Positions 9,486-20,060 are shown, counted from the first letter of the stretch. The stretch: DNA of 64,000 nt from an uncultured Gammaproteobacteria bacterium (GCA_964416505.1 CAYQEJ010000006.1:13827-77826); one strand, 5' to 3'. A program made the numbers and translations. The notes: generated by a model from the sequence alone, not told the origin.

Positions 9486-10118
9486 TCAATTACTTAACTT
9501 AATATTTCGAATTAGTGTAGTTGTTCTTCCAAATTTATTTTCTACCTGAAAATTTATAGCGGTTGTTCCCGGAAACAATGTTACCGTTTTTTTAAAACTT
9601 CCATCGGGATTTATAGTAACCTGCTCATTCTCCACCATCAAAATTCCATTTGGATCTGTTTTTCCGCTCACCTCGATAGTTAAATTCTTTACTGCTTCAT
9701 TTTCTTTGGGAGAATCAACTTTTAATCCAGGGTTCAGAATAGCAGATCTATATTGGAATACCAAAAACAAAGTAATAAGTAAGAATATTAACCCAATTAA
9801 AACTGCACTTCTCCCAATTTTAAATCTTGGCAAAACTCTTTCGGATTGAGTCAGACCTCGCGGTAAAACTTCAATATTTTTCTTTTCATCAAATTCACGT
9901 CTAAAAATTGCTAGACTCTTTTCTACCGGAAGACCCAAAAACTTGGCATAATTTCTAACAAATCCGTATGCATAAGATGGACCAGGAAGTTTTTTATATT
10001 CACCTTTTTCAATAGCTTGTAGAAAATCCGCTCTTATCTTTGTAGCCTTAGAAACCTCTTCTATTGTAAGGTTTTTTATTCTTCGCTCCTCCTGAAACTG
10101 GACCCCAATTCTAATCAT
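9486..10118 (-). CDS. RodZ-like HTH-TM-Ig protein
   Basis: TIEEVSKATKIRADFLQAIEKGEYKKLP...GFVRNYAKFLGL; TM; downstream of ftsK. Confidence 0.85.
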   Translation of the reverse strand: MIRIGVQFQEERRIKNLTIEEVSKATKIRADFLQAIEKGEYKKLPGPSYAYGFVRNYAKFLGLPVEKSLAIFRREFDEKKNIEVLPRGLTQSERVLPRFKIGRSAVLIGLIFLLITLFLVFQYRSAILNPGLKVDSPKENEAVKNLTIEVSGKTDPNGILMVENEQVTINPDGSFKKTVTLFPGTTAINFQVENKFGRTTTLIRNIKLSN

Positions 10119-10122
10119 AATT

Positions 10123-12219
10123 CTACTGCGCCTGAGGTTCTCCTAAGATTTGTGAAGGATCTTTTATTAAAACATCTCTTGGCTTACTTCCCTCAGCTCG
10201 ACCCACAATTCCTGCTGCTTCTAATTGATCCAGAATTCTTGCCGCACGAGAATATCCAATAGAAAGCCTTCTCTGGAGAAGCGAGGCCGAAGCTTTATCA
10301 TATTCACAAATAACTCTAACTGCTTCAGCAAATACCGGATCTTTCCCATCAGCTCCCGAAGTTCCAACCCCCGCTCCTTTAGGAGTATAAGGTGTTGAAA
10401 TAATTTCTTCAGTGTATTCAACTGCTGGAGACTTGGATTTAAGAAACTCAACTAATTTTTTAACTTCTTTTTCGGAAACAAAAGCCCCTTGAATACGAGA
10501 TGGTTTCGCCTGATCCGGAGGTATATAAAGCATATCTCCACGACCTAAAAGCTTTTCTGCTCCAGGTCCATCTATTATAACTCTGGAATCAATCATAGAA
10601 GAAACATTGAAAGCAATACGAGCTGGAATATTTGCTTTAATTAGTCCGGTAATAACATCAACCGATGGTCTCTGAGTAGCAACAACTAAATGTATTCCTG
10701 TAGCACGAGCCATTTGAGCCAGACGAGCAATCGTATCCTCGACTTCAACTGGTGCAAACATCATAAGATCAGCCAACTCATCAATAAAAATTATTATATA
10801 AGGAAGCGCTTGAAAACCAGCCAGCTCATTATATCCATCAATATTTCGGACACCACGCTCAGCAAAAGTCTTATATCTTCTATCCATTTCATTTGTTGCC
10901 CATTTAAGCGCTGAGAGAATCTTTTCCACATCTACAATCACTGGCACCATGAGATGCGGGATTCCATTGTAACTAGTAAGTTCTACTCTCTTAGGATCAA
11001 TTAAAATAAGCTTTACCTCTTCAGGTGAAGCCCTAAAAAGAAGGGAAGTGATAAATGAATTTACAAGAACAGATTTTCCCGAGCCAGTGGTTCCAGCAAC
11101 CAATACGTGAGGCATTTTTCCAATATCTGCAATCACAGGATTTCCTGAAACATCAAGCCCTAGGGAAACAGCTAATTTAGATTTTGCTTTCCTCATCACT
11201 TCTGAAGAAAGCATGGTTCTCAATGTTACGACTTCAAGGGATTTGTTTGGAATCTCAATTCCCACAAGATTTCTTCCTGGAATTGGAGCTTCAATTCTAA
11301 TTTGTCCCGTAGGTGCCTGTGTATTTAATGCTAAATCATTTGCCAAAGAGGTAATCTTGGAAACTTTTGTTCCCAATGCAATCTCTAAAGCATACTGTGT
11401 TACCGCTGGACCTAGATTTACCTCTACAACCTTTGCAGTTATTCCAAAACTTTGAAGTGTTCGCTCAATTACCGCTGCAGTTTCCTTAACGTCTCCTCTA
11501 TCTGCTTTTCCTCCTTCACCATCATTTAGAAGATCAAGAGGTGGATATTCCCAAATAAGTCCCGACGAGAGCGTATTTGAGACAAGCTTTTCCGTAATAA
11601 GAGAATCGTCTTTTTTAACAGTATTTGAAACAATTGCGGGTCCATTTTTATTAAAAGATGAATCTTTTATGGTCATCTGCTTGCTAAGAAGAGGATCTTT
11701 TTGTTTTTTAAACATAGCTGTGGGAACCATTTTTCCGCTTGTCTTTTTAAAAGCTCCCAATCCCTTAAGAATCTCATCCACTGAAGTATCAAAAAGAACG
11801 ATTGCTCCAATAAAAATACCAGCTAAAAATACCAAAAGAGTTCCAATAGGGGTAATAACGTCAGAAATGTTTGCAAACATTAGCTGTCCAATATATCCAG
11901 ATCTAAAAAGAACAACAGCTGAACCATAAAGAATTAAAAAACCAATCGCTACGTTTGGCTTAGACAAAGCAAGTTTTGTTTTAAAAAACAGAAACCCGAA
12001 CAAAATCAAAACAAAACCTAGAAAAAATGAAAACGGACCAAAATACTCTCTTATGAAAGTATTTATATAAATAAAAGTATCTCCTGAATTTGTAAAAGAT
12101 AGAAACAGCAAAAGCCCTGTTACGATTTGTCCTAGAGCGAAAATAGTATAAATGGTTTTAGTCTTAAGCTTTAGCTTGAATTTACCACGCTTTCCATAAG
12201 ACCCTCTTTTTCTGGCCAT
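10123..12219 (-). CDS. ftsK: DNA translocase FtsK
   Basis: N-terminal TMs; MPHVLVAGTTGSGKS, IDELADLMM, ATQRPSVDVITG; gamma domain. Confidence 0.97.
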   Translation of the reverse strand: MARKRGSYGKRGKFKLKLKTKTIYTIFALGQIVTGLLLFLSFTNSGDTFIYINTFIREYFGPFSFFLGFVLILFGFLFFKTKLALSKPNVAIGFLILYGSAVVLFRSGYIGQLMFANISDVITPIGTLLVFLAGIFIGAIVLFDTSVDEILKGLGAFKKTSGKMVPTAMFKKQKDPLLSKQMTIKDSSFNKNGPAIVSNTVKKDDSLITEKLVSNTLSSGLIWEYPPLDLLNDGEGGKADRGDVKETAAVIERTLQSFGITAKVVEVNLGPAVTQYALEIALGTKVSKITSLANDLALNTQAPTGQIRIEAPIPGRNLVGIEIPNKSLEVVTLRTMLSSEVMRKAKSKLAVSLGLDVSGNPVIADIGKMPHVLVAGTTGSGKSVLVNSFITSLLFRASPEEVKLILIDPKRVELTSYNGIPHLMVPVIVDVEKILSALKWATNEMDRRYKTFAERGVRNIDGYNELAGFQALPYIIIFIDELADLMMFAPVEVEDTIARLAQMARATGIHLVVATQRPSVDVITGLIKANIPARIAFNVSSMIDSRVIIDGPGAEKLLGRGDMLYIPPDQAKPSRIQGAFVSEKEVKKLVEFLKSKSPAVEYTEEIISTPYTPKGAGVGTSGADGKDPVFAEAVRVICEYDKASASLLQRRLSIGYSRAARILDQLEAAGIVGRAEGSKPRDVLIKDPSQILGEPQAQ

Positions 12220-12266
12220 ATTTAATCTATTATAACGATACTATTCAAGTCTGGCAAACCTGATTC

Positions 12267-12488
12267 CTAGAAGGTTACTATATCAATTTGTGGAGTATTG
12301 TGAAATTTCACTATTAAGGATTCTTTTTGCGAAGTCCTTTCTCCTACGGGGACATAATAAGATTTAGCATCCAATCTATATGAAGGCCTTCCGCTTGGAC
12401 CTTCTATCCAACCGCTACTTGCAAATGGATTTCTAATATTTGGCTTCTCTACTTTTCTTGGTTTAAATGCTGGACTCTCAATTACCAT
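12267..12488 (-). CDS. hypothetical protein (73 aa)
   Basis: ORF fills the gap; -10-like hexamer directly upstream. Confidence 0.5.
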   Translation of the reverse strand: MVIESPAFKPRKVEKPNIRNPFASSGWIEGPSGRPSYRLDAKSYYVPVGERTSQKESLIVKFHNTPQIDIVTF

Positions 12489-12540
12489 GATCCAATAATA
12501 TAATTAAATCTTAAGGCTAGCTTGATTTTATTTGCATTTT

Positions 12541-12560
12541 TTTCTGACTACTTCCTGACA
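12541..12560. promoter_or_regulatory. 11-bp-period direct repeat, candidate OmpR/PhoB-type operator
   Basis: TTTCTGAC and TTCCTGAC, with CTGAC at 12544 and 12555, upstream of a wHTH regulator. Confidence 0.3.
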
Positions 12561-12605
12561 TAAATTATGTTTGCTAATAATTAAATAAACCTTTAAAATG
12601 TCACC

Positions 12606-13898
12606 ATGAATCCAGATGTAATTGAAAAAACATACCCAATCGAGTTCCGAGAAGAAGAGGCAAAAATTTTAGGCGAACATATAAAAAGCAGAAGATCTGT
12701 AGTTTTAATGGGTATGAAGAGAGTTGGAATTAGCAACTTCTTAAGGTTTTTTCTCTATCATGAAGACATAAATAAGAAATATTTGGATGAAAAAAATTAT
12801 TTTATAATTCCAGTTGATTTAAATGATTTAGTTGAAAGAGAAATATATCCATTTTGGGTTTTAACTTTTAAAAGATTAGCTGACGCTGTCGAAAAATCCG
12901 ATCTGTCTGAAGAAATAAAAAAACAAATTGATTTTTATTTCTCAGATAGCATTCAATCTCAAGATTTATTTCTAACAATTGACTACTTAAGAAAAAGCCT
13001 AGTTTATCTTTCTGATAACAATTATCTTCCTACGATATTTTTCCTTCGCTTCGATAGAATGAAGGATGCACTAACCCATGATCTTTTCGCTAATATACAA
13101 GGACTTTTAGATGCTACACACAACAGACTATCTTATGTTATTACGAGCGCCAGAAGCCTTGATCACTTAGAACCAAATATTTTTACTCGACAATCGATGT
13201 TGGTTTTTTCTGATAATGTTTATGTAAAACCAGCCCAAAGAAAAGACACATTAATAATATTTGAATCAAGTCTTAAAAAATACAATTTGGAATTAGATGA
13301 GAACTTAGTCGGCGAACTTTTAAAGTTGGTTGATGGACATACTCAGTACCTTTTGTATGCATTAATTTCAATTAAAGAATATGGAGAAAAAATTAAACCC
13401 AGTGAACTCTTTGAATTTTTAAAAAATGATGAACGTATTTCTCTGCAATCAGAAGAATTATGGGAAAGTTTAAACGGGGGAGAGCAAGAAGTTTTAATTA
13501 AAATCGCGTCTAAAGAAAAAGTTGAAGAAAATGAGTTAAAGGAAAACGATTATCTAATAAATGCTGGATTTATAGATCCTAAAAGCTTAAAAATATTTAA
13601 TCCTATCTTTGATTTCTTTGTAAAAACAAAATCCCATGATAAGAAAAAATTAAAAACAGCGTCAGAATTTTCTAAAAAAGAAAATCTGCTTCTGAAATAT
13701 CTTGAAACAAACAAAAATGAGATTTGTGAAAGAGAAGAAATAATAGAAAACGTTTGGCCCGAAGCAGAAAGCCTGGGAGTAACAGACTGGGCAATAGATA
13801 GATTAGTAGCTCGTGTTAGAAATAAACTTAAAGATAATGATAAAAATTATGAAATTGTTACCATTAAAACAAGAGGCTACAAACTAATAGATAGGTAG
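12606..13898 (+). CDS. AAA/STAND-like ATPase domain fused to an OmpR/PhoB-type winged helix
   Basis: Degenerate P-loop GMKRVGIS; LVDGH; C-terminal REEIIENVW...AIDRLVARVRNKL...IVTIKTRGYKL. Confidence 0.8.
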   Translation: MNPDVIEKTYPIEFREEEAKILGEHIKSRRSVVLMGMKRVGISNFLRFFLYHEDINKKYLDEKNYFIIPVDLNDLVEREIYPFWVLTFKRLADAVEKSDLSEEIKKQIDFYFSDSIQSQDLFLTIDYLRKSLVYLSDNNYLPTIFFLRFDRMKDALTHDLFANIQGLLDATHNRLSYVITSARSLDHLEPNIFTRQSMLVFSDNVYVKPAQRKDTLIIFESSLKKYNLELDENLVGELLKLVDGHTQYLLYALISIKEYGEKIKPSELFEFLKNDERISLQSEELWESLNGGEQEVLIKIASKEKVEENELKENDYLINAGFIDPKSLKIFNPIFDFFVKTKSHDKKKLKTASEFSKKENLLLKYLETNKNEICEREEIIENVWPEAESLGVTDWAIDRLVARVRNKLKDNDKNYEIVTIKTRGYKLIDR

Positions 13899-13916
13899 TT
13901 TTTATCTGTATTTATA

Positions 13917-14516
13917 ATGGAAGAAGCACTTAGGCATTTTAAAAAAGTAGATCCAAAGCTGTATAAAACTGCACTCATCATAAAACTTTCCGATCATCCA
14001 AAAACTGAAGATTACTTTATAAGCTTAATAGAATCAATCATTTCACAACAATTATCGATAAAAGCATCAGGCACTATTTTTAATAGATTTAAAAAATTAT
14101 TTCCTAAAGAAAAAATTACTCCGGAAAAAATTCTTAAGATTTCTGATCAAAAAATAAGAGAATGTGGAATTTCCTATAGCAAAATAAAATACATAAAAGG
14201 AATTGCACAAGCCGTAATAAACAAGGAGATAAATTTTCAGAAACTTGATTATCTAAAGGATGAAGAAATCATAAATGAATTAATAAAATTAAAGGGAGTA
14301 GGAAAATGGACAGCAGAAATGTTTTTAATGTTCACTTTGGGAAGAAAAGATGTTTTTTCTGCAGGAGATTTAGGACTTAAAAACGCAATGATAAAAATTT
14401 ATAATTTAGAAAAACCTACTCAAGAAGAACTTTTATCAATTAGTGAAAAATGGTCTCCCCACAGAACAATTGCGTCTAGAATTCTTTGGAAAAGTCTTGA
14501 GAAAAAAGCTAGCTGA
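13917..14516 (+). CDS. DNA-3-methyladenine glycosylase II (AlkA family)
   Basis: IISQQLS, HhH LKGVGKWTAEMFLMF, GDLGL, WSPHRT. Confidence 0.93.
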   Translation: MEEALRHFKKVDPKLYKTALIIKLSDHPKTEDYFISLIESIISQQLSIKASGTIFNRFKKLFPKEKITPEKILKISDQKIRECGISYSKIKYIKGIAQAVINKEINFQKLDYLKDEEIINELIKLKGVGKWTAEMFLMFTLGRKDVFSAGDLGLKNAMIKIYNLEKPTQEELLSISEKWSPHRTIASRILWKSLEKKAS

Positions 14517-15186
14517 TTATTTCCCAAAGATTAAGATCCCCATCCTTTAAAGGAACCTCTCCGAGCCATGCCTTAACTATATATTCAGCTACAACTTCCG
14601 GTTCAATTCCAGACTGAAAATTCCACATTTCAGTTTTTACCGCACCGGGAGAAACTGTAAATATTTTTAATTCTGGGTATTCAAGAGCCAAACTCTTCGT
14701 AAATCCTACAACCCCAAACTTCGTCGCACAATATGTTGCTCGACCGGGGTAAGGAAGGTGTCCAGCTCTAGATGCAACATTTATAATTCCTTCTTTAATC
14801 TGCGCAAATGCAGTAGAGGTCATTTTTATCATTCCTTCTAAATTGGTTCTCAATTGCTTTTCTATTTCTACTAATGTTTCGTGCTCAAATTTTTCCCATC
14901 CAATTACTCCTGCATTGTTTATGAGAATATCTATATGCCCGAATTTCTCTTCAACATTTTTTATGCATTCCTGGATACTTTGATCATCAGTAATATCTAA
15001 GTTAACAATTAAGCTATCTATGGCACCTAATTTTTTACACTCGGCTTCCACGCTGTCCGCTGACTGCTTATCGCTATTATATGTAATGATAACTTTTGCT
15101 TTTTGTCTAGAAAAAGCATATGCAATTTGCTCTCCGATCCCCTTACTTGACCCTGTTATTAAGACAATTTTATTTTCCAAATTCAT
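14509..15186 (-). CDS. SDR family oxidoreductase
   Basis: TGSSKGIG, NNAG, YCATK, SPGAVKT. Confidence 0.93.
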   Translation of the reverse strand: MNLENKIVLITGSSKGIGEQIAYAFSRQKAKVIITYNSDKQSADSVEAECKKLGAIDSLIVNLDITDDQSIQECIKNVEEKFGHIDILINNAGVIGWEKFEHETLVEIEKQLRTNLEGMIKMTSTAFAQIKEGIINVASRAGHLPYPGRATYCATKFGVVGFTKSLALEYPELKIFTVSPGAVKTEMWNFQSGIEPEVVAEYIVKAWLGEVPLKDGDLNLWEIIS

Positions 15187-15270
15187 AATCTCTATTTATC
15201 TTAGCCTTTATTTAAAAAAATGCAATCTACCTAACTTGACTTTTATTTTTTATAAATCTAGAATAGCCGT

Positions 15271-15936
15271 ATGAGAAATAAACAGGCTATTATAGGAATA
15301 ATAGCAGCCTTTGTTATTCTTTTTGGAGCAATCGGAGTCTTCGCACTTAATCGAACAAAAATCCCAGAACCCAATTCCACAATTAATACAGCAACTAAAG
15401 AAACGAAAAATCCCGCGAGCACTCTTGCTAGCATAATCGGATCTGGGAAAACACAGAAATGTTCATTTTCTTCGAAAAATGAATCTAGTCAGACTAAAGG
15501 AACTGCATATCTTAGCGGAAAAAAATTAAGAACAGATTTAAGTACCCAAGTTAATGGGAAAACTTCAATGGTTTATGTAATCAGAAATGGTGACGAAAAT
15601 TATATTTGGGGAACAGAATTTCCCAACAATACCGGTATGAAAATAACAATGTCTATGGATGAAATGATGGGAAAATCAGATACTTCTAATGAAGCTCAAA
15701 AATATTTTGATGCCAATATGGATGTCGATTATAAATGCGAGAACTGGAATGTAGACGAAAAAATTCTTACTCCTCCAACAAATATAAAATTTCAGGATCT
15801 CTCTGAAATGATGCAGATGATGTTAAAAAATGTTTCAAAAACACCAACTTCCTCTACCGGATCAAATGAATGTTCAATATGTAATTCATTAACTGGAGAT
15901 GCAAAATCTGCTTGCCTGAAACAGTTTAAGTGTTAA
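15271..15936 (+). CDS. exported hypothetical protein with Cys-rich C-terminus
   Basis: N-terminal signal/TM; CSICNSLTGDAKSACLKQFKC. Confidence 0.8.
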   Translation: MRNKQAIIGIIAAFVILFGAIGVFALNRTKIPEPNSTINTATKETKNPASTLASIIGSGKTQKCSFSSKNESSQTKGTAYLSGKKLRTDLSTQVNGKTSMVYVIRNGDENYIWGTEFPNNTGMKITMSMDEMMGKSDTSNEAQKYFDANMDVDYKCENWNVDEKILTPPTNIKFQDLSEMMQMMLKNVSKTPTSSTGSNECSICNSLTGDAKSACLKQFKC

Positions 15937-15999
15937 CCTCTTACAATTCTTTTACATCATTTAAGCTTTAATTTAATTTTTTAAGCATAAAATTAAAAT

Positions 16000-16260
16000 A
16001 TGGTTAATCCAATATGGTTCATAATTTTAGCTGTGGGAATTGCTCTAATTACCCTCTCGCCAGCTCAAATCAGATTTGCTTTAGAAAATCCTTTGACAAC
16101 ACCAACAGTTTTTCTAAATCTAGCAATAATAGTTGCTTTTATTCTGACTTATTTTCACTATCGCGATAGAGCAAATAATAATGGTAAAGAATATAAATTA
16201 GTTGGCTCTAAAGGCGGGAAAGCGACCAAAGTAAAAAAGGGTACGAAGAAAAGGAAGTAG
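16000..16260 (+). CDS. small 2-TM protein
   Basis: Two hydrophobic segments and a basic tail. Confidence 0.7.
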   Translation: MVNPIWFIILAVGIALITLSPAQIRFALENPLTTPTVFLNLAIIVAFILTYFHYRDRANNNGKEYKLVGSKGGKATKVKKGTKKRK

Positions 16261-16300
16261 TTTGACTAATTCTCAAAAATAATGTTAAGATATTTAGATC

Positions 16301-16777
16301 TTGAGAAAAGAACCACTTCTTTTACTCTTCGTGCTTATTTTTTTGGGTGGATTTTTATTGTTTTCCATTAACAGCAATAACAAAAATCTTATCTCAAATC
16401 CTCTTTTAAAAAATACTCCTTATCCTACTATCGAAACTGGAGGAAATACACAAAGCATTACGCTAGCTCCTTCTTCATCTAAGAATATTGAAGTTTTATC
16501 TCCTAGGTCCGGAGACAGAATTAAGTCAGGATTAGCTGTGAAAGGAAATGCACGAGTTTTTGAAAACGTTGTTTCAATTAGATTACTCGATTCCTTTGGA
16601 AATATTTTAATCGAAACAAACTCCATGGCAAATGCTCCGGATGTAGGTCAGTTTGGACCATTTGAAAAAGAAATTGAATTCAAGACTGATTCTAAAAATG
16701 GAATTTTAGAAGTATTTCAATATAGCGCAAAAGATGGATCAGAAATTGACAAAGTCAGGATCCCTGTTCTACTCTAG
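16301..16777 (+). CDS. Gmad2 immunoglobulin-like domain protein
   Basis: VKGNARVFENVV.IRL, GQFGPF, LEVFQYSAKDGSEI...IPV; N-terminal TM. Confidence 0.85.
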   Translation: MRKEPLLLLFVLIFLGGFLLFSINSNNKNLISNPLLKNTPYPTIETGGNTQSITLAPSSSKNIEVLSPRSGDRIKSGLAVKGNARVFENVVSIRLLDSFGNILIETNSMANAPDVGQFGPFEKEIEFKTDSKNGILEVFQYSAKDGSEIDKVRIPVLL

Positions 16778-17291
16778 TAAATCTTTCTCTCCAATCCTCT
16801 CCCCACTGCGCAACTTCTTTTTTACTTGGCTCCCATCTATCAAACTCTATAACTGACCCGAAACCTTTTAAAACATGCTGCACAGTCATTCGTGAAACCA
16901 GATTATTCACACTTGATCTAATCAAAAAGGGCTTTTGTCTCATATCATCTGGGTAATTTCTATCAATATAAATTCCAATAGCTAAATCCAAGCTATTCAT
17001 TGCTGCTTGATATGGATTGTCCACTCCCAATCTTCTGTGATGGTAAAAAATTAAGGGATGCACTATTCCTCTCTGATTGAAAAAACTTAAATCACCAGCT
17101 TGAGACAATTCGTCTCTAGCTTGCCTTTGCGCTAGATACATTCGAAGCATTTCTTGATCTACTCCAATAAGTCCTGCCGATGTTGCTACATTAAATTTCC
17201 TATCAAGCGCTGCTGCATCTTTTAAAAATAAATTTGCAAAACTTGGATCAAACCGAATTCCTTCAGGACGAATGTGTCTTGGTCTTTCCAT
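16755..17291 (-). CDS. hypothetical protein (178 aa)
   Basis: ORF with TATAAT 8 nt upstream; no family recognised. Confidence 0.7.
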   Translation of the reverse strand: MERPRHIRPEGIRFDPSFANLFLKDAAALDRKFNVATSAGLIGVDQEMLRMYLAQRQARDELSQAGDLSFFNQRGIVHPLIFYHHRRLGVDNPYQAAMNSLDLAIGIYIDRNYPDDMRQKPFLIRSSVNNLVSRMTVQHVLKGFGSVIEFDRWEPSKKEVAQWGEDWRERFTRVEQGS

Positions 17292-17312
17292 AAAAAGAGG
17301 ATTATATAAAAG

Positions 17313-18968
17313 TTATACTTCTATAACAACGGGTAGAACTAGCGGACGACGCTTAAGCTGTTTTACTAAATATTTTTCAGCAATATTCCCCAGAGTTCTT
17401 CTAACATAATTCCAGTCTGTAATTTTTGAATTTTTTGGCTTTAAGTTTATTTTTATTTCAGTAGATAAACCATTTATCAATTCATTCACTTCGGCTCCAG
17501 AAAAACCTCTGACAATTATATTTGGTTTATCAACAAGCCCACCGAAAGTATCAATTTCAGCAAGCACTATTACTACTCCTTCTTTAGAAATTTTTTCTCT
17601 ATCTCTAAGAACAAAGGTATCAACCTCTTCTCCGGAAACTTGATCTACGTATACATTTTGAAGTGCAATTTTTTTACCAAGTCTTGCATCTGTTTTTGTA
17701 AATAAAACTTCTTGACCATCATCCGGTAGCAGTATATCTTTATCTAAAAATCCGTTTCGAAGTGCTAATGACTTATAAGCAATCATGTGCTTATATCCTC
17801 CACCTATAGGTAAAACCTTTTTGGGACGAACCAAACTCATCATTAAAGATAAATCTCCTTGGGGACCATGTCCAGAAACATGTAAGCCTTCAAAAACATC
17901 TGAATACAAAACTCTTGCTCCTAATTTTGCAATTTCATCAATCAACGCATTTATTGCTACTTCGTTTCCTGGGATCGGATCTGAAGAAAAAGCAACAGTA
18001 TCTTTATTATTAATTGTTATATCTCTATGATCTCCATTTGTAATTCTTGAAAGAGCTGATCCTTCCTGACCTTGGCTACCTGCAACTATTAAAACTATTT
18101 GTTTGTCATTGTAATTTTTTATCTCTTTTAAATCGATCTCCATATTTTTATCTATCTTCATATAACCAAGCCCTACTGCTATATCTTTTGCCTTAACCAA
18201 AGATCGGCCCACAAAACAAACTCTTCTATTTAAAGCTCTAGCTGCATCAAGCACCTGGTTAAGTCTTGATATATTTGAAGAGTAAGTAGTAAGAATAAAT
18301 TTTCCTGTGGTATTCCTCATTTCATCAAATATTTTTTTACCAATTTCTTTTTCACTTTTTGTAAATCCAGCTCTCTCTGCTCCTAAAGAATCTGACATTA
18401 GACACATAATTCCTTCATCTGATTTTCTAACAATCTTTGCAAAATCAGATTTCTTCCCATCATACGGTGTCATATCAAATTTAAAATCTGAACCGTGATA
18501 AATATTTCCAACAGGAGTTTTTATAAAAATGTTTGACGTATCTGGCACTGAATGAGTAACTCTGATAAACGACAATAGAAAATTTCCAATCAAAATTTCC
18601 TTATCAAAATTAACACTGATTGCTTTTTTATTAACTCCAAATTCTTTTAATTTTTCGTTTATAAAAGCTGCAGTTAACGGAGTTGCATAAACATCAAATT
18701 TTCCTTGAAGCTGCGGAAGAATGTAAGGAAGAGCACCAAGATGATCCTCGTGTCCGTGTGTAATTGCAATTCCTACGATTTTTTTATTTGGATTTTTTAA
18801 AAGATAAGAAATATCAGGAAGCATAAGATCTACGCCAATCATAGTTTCATCAGCAAATCCCAATCCACAATCCACAATCAAAATCTGATTGTTGTACTCA
18901 TAAAGGTGCATGTTTTTTGTGACTCCAGTAACACCACCAAGAGGTAAATATTTTAAAGTATTATCCAT
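17313..18968 (-). CDS. rnj: ribonuclease J
   Basis: PLGG, ITHGHEDHLG, VTHSVPD, DFKFD, GSQGQ, HVSGHG. Confidence 0.96.
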   Translation of the reverse strand: MDNTLKYLPLGGVTGVTKNMHLYEYNNQILIVDCGLGFADETMIGVDLMLPDISYLLKNPNKKIVGIAITHGHEDHLGALPYILPQLQGKFDVYATPLTAAFINEKLKEFGVNKKAISVNFDKEILIGNFLLSFIRVTHSVPDTSNIFIKTPVGNIYHGSDFKFDMTPYDGKKSDFAKIVRKSDEGIMCLMSDSLGAERAGFTKSEKEIGKKIFDEMRNTTGKFILTTYSSNISRLNQVLDAARALNRRVCFVGRSLVKAKDIAVGLGYMKIDKNMEIDLKEIKNYNDKQIVLIVAGSQGQEGSALSRITNGDHRDITINNKDTVAFSSDPIPGNEVAINALIDEIAKLGARVLYSDVFEGLHVSGHGPQGDLSLMMSLVRPKKVLPIGGGYKHMIAYKSLALRNGFLDKDILLPDDGQEVLFTKTDARLGKKIALQNVYVDQVSGEEVDTFVLRDREKISKEGVVIVLAEIDTFGGLVDKPNIIVRGFSGAEVNELINGLSTEIKINLKPKNSKITDWNYVRRTLGNIAEKYLVKQLKRRPLVLPVVIEV

Positions 18969-18998
18969 TTATTTTAGTTTACCCAATAAAATTTATTT

Positions 18999-20060
18999 TT
19001 AATGGGGTAAAAATTGAGCTATGTTTTGCGAATTCAAGTTTATTATAGCATTCTTAGCAAGCTTTCCTTCGACAATTAATCTAGCGATTTTTCTACAAAC
19101 TCCCTCTATACTCCTTTCTAAAGTTCTTATTCCTGAGTCATATCCCAAAGGTCTCACGATAAGAGGCCATACATCATCATTCATTTTTATAGTACCAGGG
19201 GTTAAGCCACTATTAACTGCGATTTTAGGAAACAAATAATTTTTACCAATCATAAATTTTTCTTCGTCTGAGTAAGAAGGCATTTGAATAAGCTCAAGAC
19301 GATCCAATACAGCAGTAGCTATATTCGTTGTATTATTTACAGTAGCCACAAAAAGAACTTCTGACAGATCTATTGGATAATCCACATAATGATCTGTGAA
19401 TGCTTGATTTTGTTCAGGATCCAAGAGTTCAACTAAAACTCCCATAATATCAGCTCGAGCCGATTCCGTTACGCGATCTAATTCATCTAAAAGAATTACA
19501 CTGTTTTTTGATTTTGCATGAATCATTTTTTTTATTATTTGTCCTGGCTCAGCATCTGCATAAAGACGCGATTGTCCTCTCAAATCTCTAACATCTCCCA
19601 TTCCTCCAAGAGGAATTCTTTCAAAATTTCTCCCAAGACTTTCTGCGATCGAATGCGCAAGAGTTGTTTTTCCGGTTCCAACCAGTCCTACCAAGCAAAG
19701 TATTGGAGCTCTATTAGACTTCTGGCCATTTTTTAAATTTAAGATAAGAGAGGCTAAATATTCCAAAATTCTATCTTTTACTTCTACAAGTCCGTAATGA
19801 TTTTTATCAAGCATTTTTTTAGCATAAGCTAAATCAAGATTATCTTTAGTCTCAATTGCATATGGAATTTGAGAAATAACACTTAGATAATTTGCAACGC
19901 TTTCTAAATTGCTATAATTTCCAGCCTGTCTTAAAGAAATTTTCAAAATATCAATCATCCCTTTTGCTTTTTCTAATAGCTCCGGAGGTAAATTCGCAGA
20001 TGCAATTTTCTTTTCTAAATTTTGGATTTGAATTTCAAATCCCTGAGCAGAACTATCCAT
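18999..20060 (-). CDS. Lon-family AAA+ module without N-domain or protease domain
   Basis: HYGLVEVKDRILEYLA, GLVGTGKT, LLDELD, LLDPEQNQAFTDHY; ends after the alpha domain. Confidence 0.88.
   Translation of the reverse strand: MDSSAQGFEIQIQNLEKKIASANLPPELLEKAKGMIDILKISLRQAGNYSNLESVANYLSVISQIPYAIETKDNLDLAYAKKMLDKNHYGLVEVKDRILEYLASLILNLKNGQKSNRAPILCLVGLVGTGKTTLAHSIAESLGRNFERIPLGGMGDVRDLRGQSRLYADAEPGQIIKKMIHAKSKNSVILLDELDRVTESARADIMGVLVELLDPEQNQAFTDHYVDYPIDLSEVLFVATVNNTTNIATAVLDRLELIQMPSYSDEEKFMIGKNYLFPKIAVNSGLTPGTIKMNDDVWPLIVRPLGYDSGIRTLERSIEGVCRKIARLIVEGKLAKNAIINLNSQNIAQFLPH

Noticed and set aside
15940-15956. TTACA-N6-TTACA possible PhoP-like box
   Set aside because: Too short and AT-rich to distinguish from chance
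18999-20060. lon pseudogene
   Set aside because: ORF uninterrupted, with its own promoter and no remnant of the missing domains in the flanks
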